A DNA stretch of 43,955 bases from Pseudomonadota bacterium (GTDB taxonomy: Bacteria > Desulfobacterota > Anaeroferrophillalia > Anaeroferrophillales > Tharpellaceae): the NCBI GenBank assembly GCA_015486505.1, contig WFRP01000313.1, positions 1 to 43,955 of the forward strand, in the 5' to 3' direction. Below the pieces are notes generated by a model. The model had not been told where the DNA came from. It made no database searches and saw only the letters and a list, made by a program, of their open reading frames with translations. This document shows positions 14,366 through 27,042 of the stretch, piece after piece. Within the stretch, counting starts at the first letter, position 1. The number at the start of each line of letters is the position of its first letter. The translations under genes were made by a program, and so were the position numbers.

Positions 14366-15658
14366 TTAATTAATGCCGTAAAAAAAACGCGGCAGGCAGA
14401 GGACCAGGTCGGGCCAGTAGGTCAAAATCATCAATATCGCAATCTGAATTACCAGAAAGGGCAGCACCGCCTTGGCGACATATATCAGGCCGCGATTAAC
14501 CAGGGCTCCGGTAATATAAAGACTGACCCCCAGCGGCGGCGTACAATAACCGATCCCCAAATTAACCGTCATCAACAAACCGAAATGAAGTGAACTGATG
14601 CCGTATTCGGGCAGCATCGGCAACAGGATCGGGGCTAAAATCAGGGTTGCGGAAATGATATCCATAAACATGCCGACAATCAGCAGCATAATGTTGACGA
14701 TCAGCAGAAACGCCCAGGCGGTATGCACCTGGCTGACCACCGCATCGGCAATCTGGGCCGGGATCTGTTCCAGGGTAAGATAACGGCCGAAAGCCGTGGC
14801 CCCGGCAACAATTATCAGAAGCGTCGCTGAAGTCACCGCCGATGAAACCACCACCGACTTGACCTTGTTAAACTTCATATCCTTGTGGATAAAAATTTCG
14901 ACGATAAAAGCGTAGACACAGGCAATAACGGCGGCTTCGTTAGCCGTAAAAACCCCCGAAAAGATACCGCCGAAGATGATAACCGGCAGCATCAAAGCCC
15001 AGAACCCCTCCTTTAAAACTGCTTTTAACTCTTTCCAGGTCGGCGGCGGCGACCGTTTGAAACTACGATTGCGGCAATAGAAATAAGAATAAAGCGACAT
15101 CGCCACAATGATCAGAAAACCGGGGACAAAACCGGTCATAAACAGAGCCGCCAGAGAGTCATTACTGACCATCGAATAGAGAATCATCGAGATACTCGGC
15201 GGAATAATAACCCCTAGAATCGGGGCCGTGGTCATAATCCCGACGCTGAATTTCTCATCATATTGATTATCCATTAAAGCCGGAATCATAAAGCCGCCGA
15301 TGGCCACCACTGTCGCCACGGTCGAGCCTGAAATCGCACCGAACATCCCGCAGGCGAGAACCCCGGCCATAGCCAGCCCGCCCGGGAAAAAACCAACCAC
15401 GGCATTGGCCACTTTAATGAGTTTATCAACGATTGAGCCCGCGGTCATTATATTACCGCAGAGGATAAAAAAGAGTACGACGACCAGGGCAAAGTTATCC
15501 ATACTCCGGAACAGAGTCTGGGCCAGCATAAGAACCGGCATATCGGTAAAATAGACAAAACCGACAATACTGGTAAAAAAGAGCGACATAAAAACCGGAA
15601 CCGTAGCTCCGAGACAACCCAGCAGGCATAAGGCGATCACAACGTAAGTAGTATTCAT
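14366..15658 (-). CDS. dctM: TRAP transporter large permease (DctM family)
   Basis: 430-aa polytopic protein. The start is taken at the ATG at 15658, which overlaps the dctQ stop (TAATG). The track's 12-codon extension is unlikely. Confidence 0.9.
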   Translation of the reverse strand: MNTTYVVIALCLLGCLGATVPVFMSLFFTSIVGFVYFTDMPVLMLAQTLFRSMDNFALVVVLFFILCGNIMTAGSIVDKLIKVANAVVGFFPGGLAMAGVLACGMFGAISGSTVATVVAIGGFMIPALMDNQYDEKFSVGIMTTAPILGVIIPPSISMILYSMVSNDSLAALFMTGFVPGFLIIVAMSLYSYFYCRNRSFKRSPPPTWKELKAVLKEGFWALMLPVIIFGGIFSGVFTANEAAVIACVYAFIVEIFIHKDMKFNKVKSVVVSSAVTSATLLIIVAGATAFGRYLTLEQIPAQIADAVVSQVHTAWAFLLIVNIMLLIVGMFMDIISATLILAPILLPMLPEYGISSLHFGLLMTVNLGIGYCTPPLGVSLYITGALVNRGLIYVAKAVLPFLVIQIAILMILTYWPDLVLCLPRFFYGIN

Positions 15659-16152
15659 TATTGATCCACCTGCCGCCCGGTAAAATCCTCCCACATCGCA
15701 ATTATGGTCCGGATAAACATCATCGCGCCCATCAACGGCAGAATCGCGTAAAGGATTACCAGGGGAATCCCCAAAATAATCGTACTTTGATGGGTCTCAA
15801 CCTGCAGGGCCGCCATTTCCCAGCCCAGCACACACATAAGCGCGCTGTAGCCGAGCGTGCAGAGATGGCTGAAATAATCGAGGGGTTTCTTCAGAGCCGG
15901 AACGATCTGGGGCAAGGCATCGATCCGGATCATTGAGCGGTTCTTGATTGCCGCCGAACAACCTATAAAGGTAGTATAAATTATAATTTCCCGAATCAAT
16001 TCTTCAGACCAGGCCAGGGAATAATGAATGGTATAACGCAACACCACATTGATAAACAGAGAAACCAGGCCCACCATCACGGCAATAAAGATAGTCCACT
16101 CTTCAAAAAATGAGAAGATCCGGTCTATAATCCTGAAACATTTAACGATCAT
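15658..16152 (-). CDS. dctQ: TRAP transporter small permease (DctQ family)
   Basis: Four-TM, about 164-aa protein immediately upstream of and overlapping dctM. The ATG at 16152 is preferred over the TTG at 16179. Confidence 0.85.
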   Translation of the reverse strand: MIVKCFRIIDRIFSFFEEWTIFIAVMVGLVSLFINVVLRYTIHYSLAWSEELIREIIIYTTFIGCSAAIKNRSMIRIDALPQIVPALKKPLDYFSHLCTLGYSALMCVLGWEMAALQVETHQSTIILGIPLVILYAILPLMGAMMFIRTIIAMWEDFTGRQVDQ

Positions 16153-16189
16153 AAAAAAACCCTGGCAACGTAATTTCAATAAAAAATGG

Positions 16190-16367
16190 GTAACTATTCA
16201 GCCGAATCCGGGGTCGGGCGCGGTTCTTCTCCGCCAGGCGTTAAGATTTCTGTTTTTCCTTACGCTCGCTGGGAAAAACAACGAAATCGTTTCCGCAACC
16301 GCTTACGAAAAAACCACCCCCGCCCCCTCCAGAAGGTGGGGGGGGTAAAATTTGGCTGAATAGTTAC
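16190..16367 (-). mobile_element. T-family MITE (T2), 178 bp, with perfect 14-bp TIRs and a perfect 8-bp target-site duplication. Inserted between dctP and dctQ.
   Basis: GTAACTATTCAGCC (16190-16203) and GGCTGAATAGTTAC (16354-16367). AAAAATGG occurs at 16182-16189 and 16368-16375. Collinear with the two ends of T1, in inverse orientation. Confidence 0.88.
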
Positions 16368-16380
16368 AAAAATGGTTTTA

Positions 16381-16411
16381 AAGAAAAAGCCGGAGGCTCA
16401 AGCCTCCGGCT
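16381..16411 (-). terminator. Intrinsic terminator just downstream of dctP, inside the dctPQM operon
   Basis: Minus strand reads AGCCGGAGGC-TTGA-GCCTCCGGCT (perfect 10-bp stem) followed by TTTTCTT. It begins 20 nt after the dctP stop. Confidence 0.8.
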
Positions 16412-16430
16412 CCTGCCGAAAGATTACAGT

Positions 16431-17492
16431 TTAGTAGTCGAGTACACGTTTATAGCCCAAAAGATCCTGAACTTTTTTCAGGTAGTCAGGACCGATTTTT
16501 TTCGCCCATTCTTTGTGCACCGCATCGCCTTCCGTCCGCAAAGTTTCCATATCTTTCGCCGGTAACTGGTAAAATTTTATACCATTGGCTTTCGCCTTGG
16601 CAATCTGGTCAGATTCCTGTTTGCGGGTCAGAACCCGGGTTTTGGCGCATTCTTCGTGGATTACGTCGATAAGAATTTTCTGCAGGTCACTCGGCAGAGA
16701 ATTATAGAACTTCTCATTGACGAGGAAAATAAACAGGCCCTGAGCGTAATTAACCTGAGTGAAATTTTTACATACTTCAAATTTCTTGGTGATATTACAA
16801 ACCATCGGCGTATGATCGAGGCCGGTGATAACGCCCTGTTTCAGAGAAATGGAAACATCAGGCCACGGCATAACGACTGCAGTCAAACCCCAGGCTTTGT
16901 AAAGCGACTGCTGTACGGCCGCCTCGGCAATCCGGAATTTAACATCCTTGGCGTCGGCCAGAGTTTTAACCGGTTTAACCGTCGCCCAGCCATAATTACC
17001 ATAACCAGTGATATCAACGCCCATAATGCCCTGATGTTTCATACCATCAAGAAAATGCTGCCAGAGCGGGCTGGCAATATATTTATCAAGTTTGTCAAAA
17101 GAATCAACCAGGAAAGGCAGGTTGATAATGCCCATGCGCGGGGCCAGGTTGGTAACCGCAACCGAAGAGCAAAGCATACCCTGAACCGTGTTGGTTTTCA
17201 GCATATTCAGAACTTCCACTTCGCCACCCAACTGATGCAGAGGATAGTATTTAAGCGCAATCTGTCCGTTACTTTTTTTCCAGAGACTGTCACGCACCCG
17301 GTAACCGGCGGCGACCCCCTCAATTACAGGATGAGAGATATTGGAAACCTTCATCACATATTTGGCGCCCGACATATCAACCGTCGATTTCCACTTCGCT
17401 AAAGGATTCTTTTTCTTGGCCATTACGGCTGATGAACAAACCATAATCGCAACCAACGCCAGTACCAGAACCCGCAAACACCTTCTCTTCAT
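16431..17492 (-). CDS. dctP: TRAP transporter periplasmic solute-binding protein (DctP family)
   Basis: The start is taken at the ATG at 17492 (MKRRCLRVLVLALV… signal peptide), with AGGGAGGG 6 nt upstream. Gene order is P-Q-M. The track's start at 17540 would overlap the predicted promoter. Confidence 0.85.
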   Translation of the reverse strand: MKRRCLRVLVLALVAIMVCSSAVMAKKKNPLAKWKSTVDMSGAKYVMKVSNISHPVIEGVAAGYRVRDSLWKKSNGQIALKYYPLHQLGGEVEVLNMLKTNTVQGMLCSSVAVTNLAPRMGIINLPFLVDSFDKLDKYIASPLWQHFLDGMKHQGIMGVDITGYGNYGWATVKPVKTLADAKDVKFRIAEAAVQQSLYKAWGLTAVVMPWPDVSISLKQGVITGLDHTPMVCNITKKFEVCKNFTQVNYAQGLFIFLVNEKFYNSLPSDLQKILIDVIHEECAKTRVLTRKQESDQIAKAKANGIKFYQLPAKDMETLRTEGDAVHKEWAKKIGPDYLKKVQDLLGYKRVLDY

Positions 17493-17535
17493 TGTCGATC
17501 CCTCCCTAAAAAATGATAAGTTAATTGGCTGACAC

Positions 17536-17551
17536 GGCAAACAGTTTGCCC
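17536..17551 (-). promoter_or_regulatory. Candidate sigma54 (-24/-12) promoter for dctPQM
   Basis: Minus strand reads GGGCAAACTGTTTGCC, that is GGCA-N8-TTGC with the canonical GG-to-GC spacing. It lies about 45 nt upstream of the dctP ATG. The sequence is palindromic, and a 7-1-7 palindrome CGTCAAAATTTGACG lies just upstream (17553-17567). Confidence 0.6.
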
Positions 17552-17962
17552 TGCGTCAAAATTTGACGGCTCCGCAAAAAAAACTACACGCCGGCAATAC
17601 CCCGTTCCAATTTCTGCGACCGCCTTAAAAATTAACAATCCATTTTCAAAACGAGATTTTATATTCCGGCAGATGTTCTACTGTAAAGCAAAAAACCAGG
17701 GGCTGTCAAGGTATAAAGTAAGGTTTTTCAACTCTCCGGAAAGCCTTAACAGTTAAAAAACCAATTTCCAGCCCCGGAAAAACCGACCGCTGCGCCTAGC
17801 CGCAAACCGCAAAAAAACTCCACCGGGAAGCAACTATTTCACTTGCTTTTCACAGCCCCGGCAAGTATTATAATGCCCAGTCACAACTTCTGAGCAAACG
17901 CTCCCGGCAGCCTGGAAACAGCTACTCTTTGTCGAAATAAATCGAGCGGGAAAAGCATACGT

Positions 17963-18652
17963 ATGGATGAGAGTCAAAAAAAATCCTCGGCTTCATTAAA
18001 AGGAGTTTTCCGGAAACGGGTCCTTTTCTGTTTTGTCATTCTGAGTTTCTCGGTACCCGCACTGCTTTGCAGTCACAGCAACTTATATGCCGGAAGTAAA
18101 AAACAAATAGAGTTTGCGGCCGACCATCCCCCTTACCTTGAGGATTTCATAATCAGCGCGGAAGATGACAGTGTCTACCTTTCGTTAAATGTCGCCAACC
18201 CTTTCAACCACAAGATAAGGTCCTTACTCATAAACGGTGTCTCACAAAAGATTTCTTTAACTGTGAAGGTCAGCGTGAACAGATTTAACCTCTATCTGGT
18301 CAAATTCAACCGGACGCTGAGCAACAACACCTATACCCACAATATCGATTATGACAACCTGAAAAAAATATTCACGATCAGGATGTCCGCCGACAGCAAA
18401 CCCATTGAAACTTCTTCATATAAAAAAGCCGTAGAGCTCGCCTCAAGCTTCAAAGACATCGTCCTGCTTAAACGTAACCAGATTGAAGCCGACCATCAGT
18501 ATCAGGTCGACACCCAAACTGAAATCAGGGAAGTCAGCCTGCCTTTCCATCTCGAATATCTCTTCTTCTTTCTCTCCGCCTGGGACCGCAAGAGCAACAA
18601 CTATACTATAGATATCCCCAAACAGCTGTTAATTGAAAACGTCAAGAGATAA
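17963..18652 (+). CDS. Secreted hypothetical protein, DUF4390-like (conserved partner upstream of ntrY)
   Basis: N-terminal hydrophobic signal or anchor. The family call rests mainly on position directly upstream of ntrY-ntrX, as in other proteobacteria. Confidence 0.6.
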   Translation: MDESQKKSSASLKGVFRKRVLFCFVILSFSVPALLCSHSNLYAGSKKQIEFAADHPPYLEDFIISAEDDSVYLSLNVANPFNHKIRSLLINGVSQKISLTVKVSVNRFNLYLVKFNRTLSNNTYTHNIDYDNLKKIFTIRMSADSKPIETSSYKKAVELASSFKDIVLLKRNQIEADHQYQVDTQTEIREVSLPFHLEYLFFFLSAWDRKSNNYTIDIPKQLLIENVKR

Positions 18653-18654
18653 CC

Positions 18655-20907
18655 TTGCCTGACTCCGCCTTCGATACCGAACAAAACCTTAAAGATCACG
18701 CCCGCAAAGATCGCAAAAAACGCCGTCGGGAAATAATTATCATTTCCATTCTGATAATTGTTATCAGCGGCCTTTTCTATATCGAGATAAATCTGCCCCA
18801 CCTGCCGACCGATATGCCGATTATGGGCAATGTCATCGTTTTCGCCCTGATCAACATAAATATCATCCTGCTGCTGCTGCTGATTTTTCTGATCCTGCGC
18901 AACCTGATAAAACTTCTCCTCGAAAGAAAACGCAGGATCGTCGGTTTTCGCCTGCGCACCAAACTGGTAGTCGCCTTCATTTCGCTCTCACTTTTCCCGA
19001 CAATTCTGCTTTTTGTGGCAGCTACCGGCTTTATCCGTTTCAGTCTTGACAACTGGTTTTCAACCAACTTTGAAGCTTCACTCGACGCCTCGATGACGGT
19101 GGCCCAGGAATACTACGACACCTTCCGGCAACAGAACCAGACCCTTGCTGAAGCACTCGCCAAAGAAATAACCCGGAAAGGATTGATGATCAGCACGCAG
19201 AAAGAGCTTCTGCAGAAACTTACCGAAACTAAACGGGCCGAATACTCTCTCGACGCAATCGCCGTCTTCCCGCGCCCCGGCCCGCCTCTGGCCTGCGCCT
19301 TAAGTTTAAGCCCGAACCTGAGTAAGGAAAATTTCCAGGCCGGCATCAACCAGGATGAGCACCTGGAAAAACTGTCGAAAATCGTCCCGCTGCCGGACGG
19401 CGCTACCATGATTCAGGGCTGGGCCCCGATCCTCTCGACCTGGCAGGAAAATAAAACCGTTGCCCTGGTCCTGGCCAGCAAACAGATTCCCGCAGGCCTG
19501 GCGCAGAAGATGCGGGACATCTCGGAGAAATATACGGCCTACAAAAAAGCCAAAAGCATGGAGCTCTACATCAAAAGTAACTATATCCTGACTTTTGTTC
19601 TGATTACGGCCCTGATTACTTTTATCTCGATCTGGTTCGGTTTCTTTCTGGCCAAGGATATCACGGCCCCGGTCCACGAACTTGCGCTGGCGACCCGGCA
19701 GATTGCCGACGGCAACCTTGATTTCACCATCGATATGGTCGCCAGCGACGAACTCGGCATTCTGGTCGACTCCTTCAACAGTATGACCGAAAACCTGCTT
19801 GAAAGCCGCCGGGAACGGGAACTCGCCCATCTCGAAATGAGCCGCATCAGCTCCGAGCATGAAAAGCGCCGGCATTACATCGAAACCATCCTGAAAAACA
19901 TTACGACCGGGGTTATCGCCCTGGACCGCACCGGCTGCATTACGACCATCAACCAGGCCGCTGAAAATATTTTTTCCTTCGCCGCCAACACGATTCAAGG
20001 GAAAAATTACCGGGAAGTTTTTCACCAGGAACTGATCCAGAAAATCCGCCAATACTTTAAGGAAAGCCAGAACGAGCCTGACAAGAAAAGAAATCTTGAG
20101 CTGACCCTGCCTGACCGCAACCGTTACGTTTCCATAAGTTTCAGCCCCTTTATCGACGAAACGGAAGCCTACATCGGCATGCTCATAATTATCAACGATA
20201 TGACCGAGCTCGTCAAAGCCCAGAAAACCGTAGCCTGGCGCGAAGTCGCCCGCAGGATTGCCCACGAAATCAAAAACCCGCTTACCCCGATCGCCCTGTC
20301 GGCGCAGCGCATCCAGCGCAAATACAGCGATTTGACCGAAGAAGGCGACCATGTTTTAAAGAATTGCACCACCACAATCGTCCGTCAGGTTAACGATCTG
20401 AAATCTCTGGTTAACGAATTTTCCAGTTTTGCCCGGATGCCCCAGGCCAAACCGACCCTGCAGGATCTAAACCTGCTCATCGACGAATCTCTGGTTCTCT
20501 ACCGCCAGGGACACCCCCGGGTTGAATTCACATTTGCACCCGACACCCGGATACCCAGATTTTACCTGGATCAGGAACAGATCAAACGGGTTATGACCAA
20601 TCTGGTTGACAACGCCCTGGCCGCATTGAAAAACGTGGATTCCGCCAAAGTCTGGATTGCCACCAGACTTGACAAAAGTCTGGAAATGGTTATTATCGAG
20701 CTCAACGACAACGGCCCGGGCATGGATGAAAGGACTCAGGCCCGCCTGTTCGAGCCTTACTTCTCCACCAAAAAAAGAGGTACCGGCTTAGGCCTGACCA
20801 TTGTTAAAACGATTATCAACGACCATCGCGGCTTTATCCGGGTCCGTGAAAATCACCTGAAAGGCACCTGCTTTGTTATTGAGCTGCCGATCATTGTCAG
20901 CATTTAG
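18655..20907 (+). CDS. ntrY: Sensor histidine kinase NtrY-like (4 TM, HAMP, PAS, HisKA, HATPase)
   Basis: H-box AHEIKNPLTPIALSAQRI, and ATP-lid motifs DNGPGM and GTGLGLTIVK. TTG start 3 nt after the upstream stop. The stop codon TAG (20905-20907) lies in the TTTAG start of repeat array E. Confidence 0.85.
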   Translation: MPDSAFDTEQNLKDHARKDRKKRRREIIIISILIIVISGLFYIEINLPHLPTDMPIMGNVIVFALININIILLLLLIFLILRNLIKLLLERKRRIVGFRLRTKLVVAFISLSLFPTILLFVAATGFIRFSLDNWFSTNFEASLDASMTVAQEYYDTFRQQNQTLAEALAKEITRKGLMISTQKELLQKLTETKRAEYSLDAIAVFPRPGPPLACALSLSPNLSKENFQAGINQDEHLEKLSKIVPLPDGATMIQGWAPILSTWQENKTVALVLASKQIPAGLAQKMRDISEKYTAYKKAKSMELYIKSNYILTFVLITALITFISIWFGFFLAKDITAPVHELALATRQIADGNLDFTIDMVASDELGILVDSFNSMTENLLESRRERELAHLEMSRISSEHEKRRHYIETILKNITTGVIALDRTGCITTINQAAENIFSFAANTIQGKNYREVFHQELIQKIRQYFKESQNEPDKKRNLELTLPDRNRYVSISFSPFIDETEAYIGMLIIINDMTELVKAQKTVAWREVARRIAHEIKNPLTPIALSAQRIQRKYSDLTEEGDHVLKNCTTTIVRQVNDLKSLVNEFSSFARMPQAKPTLQDLNLLIDESLVLYRQGHPRVEFTFAPDTRIPRFYLDQEQIKRVMTNLVDNALAALKNVDSAKVWIATRLDKSLEMVIIELNDNGPGMDERTQARLFEPYFSTKKRGTGLGLTIVKTIINDHRGFIRVRENHLKGTCFVIELPIIVSI

Positions 20908-21381
20908 TTCTGCACAAAAAAACAAGATTTAATAATCAGAAAATGTTCTGACAAGAGTACTTAGTCAACTTTATGACTTGATGTAAGTGGTAGTTTTTAC
21001 AGGTTTTGTTGTGTTTTTTTGCAAATGATTTCATCTTGTTACTCTTTGCGCCTTTGCGTCTTTGCGGGATAACTTCTTTTTGTCTCCCGCCAAGACGCAA
21101 AGACGCAAAGAAAAACCGCGGGCAAATGATTTTATCAATAAATATCAGTTGTTTAACCTAACTCAGAAAGTTGAGGTACTTATTTGCGACCATCGGAAGT
21201 ACCCTTGGGTGCGGGCCGAAAAGGCGCGATCGGGTTACGCAATTTGTTCCCGCATTAGTACCTTACAGGTTATTTTCTGCACAAAAAAACAAGATTTAAT
21301 ATCCAGAAAATGTTCTGATAAGAGTACTTATTTGCGGGCCGCAAGGCTTCGTTTGGGTTGCGGGATTTGTTCCCGCATTAG
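20905..21381 (+). repeat. H-M repeat array E. Two units; the first is decayed (5' H arm deleted, 3' hairpin degenerate) and interrupted by MITE-V. It fills the ntrY-ntrX spacer.
   Basis: TTTAG-TTCTGCAC… lacks 16 nt of the canonical ATTAGTACCTTACAGGTTATTTTCTGCAC. The unit resumes at 21176 (GTACTTATTTGCGACCATCGG…). A second, intact unit spans 21244-21376. The array ends in ATTAG, 10 nt before the ntrX ATG. Confidence 0.88.
20965..21174. mobile_element. MITE-V, a 210-bp TIR element nested inside an H-M unit
   Basis: Termini are TCAACTTTATGACTT… and …AACTCAGAAAGTTGA (8 nt perfect, about 13/15 overall). GTACTTA is duplicated at 20957-20963 and 21176-21182. It carries the REP-V palindrome at 21045-21110. 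Confidence 0.75.
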
Positions 21382-21391
21382 GTAAAAAATT

Positions 21392-24723
<3,332 letters not shown>

Positions 24724-24753
24724 AAAATATGAACTCAAAACACCAGGAATAAT

Positions 24754-27042
24754 ATGGAACAGGATAATCAAACCATAACTCCGGATGCCGCTGAAAAGCA
24801 GTTTCTCGGCCAGTTTACGGAAAAAGCCTATCTCGAATACGCGATGTACGTTATTCTTGACCGGGCGCTCCCCTATATCGGGGACGGCCTTAAACCGGTG
24901 CAGCGCCGCATTATTTACGCGATGTCGGAATTAGGGCTTAAAGCCGGAGCCAAATATAAAAAATCAGCCCGGACCGTCGGGGATGTCTTAGGTAAATTCC
25001 ACCCGCACGGCGATACCGCCTGCTACGAGGCCATGGTGGTTATGGCCCAGCCTTTCACCTACCGTTATCCTTTGATTGACGGCCAGGGCAACTGGGGCGC
25101 GCCCGATGATCCGAAATCATTTGCCGCCATGCGTTACACCGAATCCCGGCTTTCCGCCTATGCCGAACTTCTTTTAAGTGAATTAGGCAGCGGTACGGTT
25201 GACTGGGATGACAATTTCGACGGTACCTTGAAGGAGCCGAAACTGCTGCCGGCGCGGCTGCCGAATATCCTGTTGAACGGCAGCACCGGCATTGCCGTCG
25301 GCATGGCCACCGACATTCCACCGCATAACCTGAAAGAGGTTGCGGCCGCCTGTATTCACCTGCTGGACCACCCCAACGCGACGACAAAGGATCTCTGCCG
25401 CTTCATCAAGGGGCCCGATTTCCCGACCCGCACCGAAATCATCACCCCGAATGAAGAAATTGTCAAAATTTACGAAAAAGGCAACGGTTCAATCAAGATG
25501 CGGGCGGTTTACCATAAGGAAGATAACGACATTGTTATCACCGCGCTGCCGCATCAGGCTTCCGGAGCCCGGATAATGGAGCAGATCGCCGCCCAGATGC
25601 AGGCGAAGAAACTGCCCCTGGTCGCTGATTTACGGGACGAATCCGACAATGAAGAGCCGGTGCGGCTGGTCATAATTCCGCGCTCAAACCGGATCGACTG
25701 CGAGCAGTTGATGGCCCATCTTTTTGCGACCACCGATCTTGAAAAAAATTATCGGATAAACCTTAACCTGATTGCCCTTGACGGCCGGCCCCGGGTGATG
25801 AATCTTGCGGAAATGATCGGCGAATGGCTGACGTTCCGCACCGGGGTTGTCCGCCGCCGCTTAAACTTCCGTCTCGACAAGGTCAAAGCCCGTCTCCACA
25901 TCTTAAGCGGCCTTTTAACCGCTTTTTTGAACCTTGATGAAGTCATTGAAATTATCCGCAACCACGACCGCCCCAAACCGATCCTGATTAAACGTTTCGC
26001 TTTGAGTGATATGCAGGCGGAAGCCATTCTTGAGCTTAAACTGCGCCACCTGGCCAAACTCGAAGAAATGAAAATCCGCGGCGAAGAAGATGAACTCGAA
26101 CAGGAACGCCGCGGCCTCGAAGAGATTTTAGCTTCGCCGGCAAAGCTCAAAAGCCTGATCCGGAAAGAAATCAAAGCCTGTGCCAAAAAGTATGGCGATG
26201 AACGGCGCTCCCCGACCGTAGTTCGCAGTGAAGCCCAGGCCTTGACCACGACCGACCTTCTGCCCACCGAGGCAATTACGGTGATTCTTTCCAATAAAGG
26301 CTGGATCCGGGCCGCCAAAGGCCACGATATCAACCCGGAAAAGATTAATTACCGGGCCGGTGACGGTTTTAAGCAGGCGGTTCCCGGGCGCAGCAACCAG
26401 CCGGTAATTTTTCTCTCCACCAGCGGCCGCTGCTACACTCTGCCCTCGCACAACCTGCCTTCGGCCCGCAGCCACGGCGAGCCTTTAAGCGGACGCCTGC
26501 AACTTGAAAACGACGCCCACATAGAACATCTGCTGATGGGCGCCGAAAACGACCTCTTTCTTATCGCCGCAGATTCGGGCTACGGCTTTATCGCCAAACT
26601 TGCGGATTTAACCAGCAAGAACAAAAGCGGCAAAGCGGTGCTCACACTGCCGCCCGGCAGTTTACCCCTGCCGCCGCTGGCCGTCAAAAATATTGAAGAA
26701 GAAAATCTGGTGGCTTTGAGCAGCAGCGGGCGCATGCTGATTTTCCCCCTGGCGCAGCTGCCGCTGCTGCCGCGCGGCAAAGGTAATAAGATTATCCATT
26801 TCGCTCCGAATCGAGCTGAACACGAAAAGGAAATCTTGAAATCGATCGTTATTCTGCCGGCCGGAGCGACCCTGAAGGTCTACGCCGGCCGCCGCCATTT
26901 AACCTTGAAAAAAGAGAGTCTTGAACGCTATTTCGGCAATCGCGGCCGCCGTGGCCAGATGCTGCCGCACGGCCTGCAGCGCGCGGAACGGATTGAGGTG
27001 ATTACGACAACCGCTGAAAAGGAGAAAAAAGATGACAATTGA
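24754..27042 (+). CDS. parC: DNA topoisomerase IV subunit A
   Basis: Active-site Tyr context [10 protein letters not shown]. The C-terminal region is closely ParC-like ([24 protein letters not shown]…, [13 protein letters not shown]) and has no GyrA-box. Confidence 0.88.
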   Translation: MEQDNQTITPDAAEKQFLGQFTEKAYLEYAMYVILDRALPYIGDGLKPVQRRIIYAMSELGLKAGAKYKKSARTVGDVLGKFHPHGDTACYEAMVVMAQPFTYRYPLIDGQGNWGAPDDPKSFAAMRYTESRLSAYAELLLSELGSGTVDWDDNFDGTLKEPKLLPARLPNILLNGSTGIAVGMATDIPPHNLKEVAAACIHLLDHPNATTKDLCRFIKGPDFPTRTEIITPNEEIVKIYEKGNGSIKMRAVYHKEDNDIVITALPHQASGARIMEQIAAQMQAKKLPLVADLRDESDNEEPVRLVIIPRSNRIDCEQLMAHLFATTDLEKNYRINLNLIALDGRPRVMNLAEMIGEWLTFRTGVVRRRLNFRLDKVKARLHILSGLLTAFLNLDEVIEIIRNHDRPKPILIKRFALSDMQAEAILELKLRHLAKLEEMKIRGEEDELEQERRGLEEILASPAKLKSLIRKEIKACAKKYGDERRSPTVVRSEAQALTTTDLLPTEAITVILSNKGWIRAAKGHDINPEKINYRAGDGFKQAVPGRSNQPVIFLSTSGRCYTLPSHNLPSARSHGEPLSGRLQLENDAHIEHLLMGAENDLFLIAADSGYGFIAKLADLTSKNKSGKAVLTLPPGSLPLPPLAVKNIEEENLVALSSSGRMLIFPLAQLPLLPRGKGNKIIHFAPNRAEHEKEILKSIVILPAGATLKVYAGRRHLTLKKESLERYFGNRGRRGQMLPHGLQRAERIEVITTTAEKEKKDDN

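Noticed and set aside
17841-17874. Sigma70 promoter for DUF4390-ntrY (TATAAT at 17869-17874)
   Set aside because: The -10 is perfect, but the best -35 (TTGCTT) is 20 nt away and alternatives are weak. It is mentioned in the findings but not listed as a feature.
19306-20352. Long antisense or alternative-frame ORFs inside real genes: 19306-20352(-), 16656-17402(+), 41343-42155(+), 39900-40625(+), 40390-41007(+), 3886-4500(+), 10775-11341(-) and 25749-26333(-), among others
   Set aside because: These are shadow ORFs opposite strongly supported genes. Their composition is Arg/Gly/Pro-rich and low-complexity, with no motifs or SD sequences.
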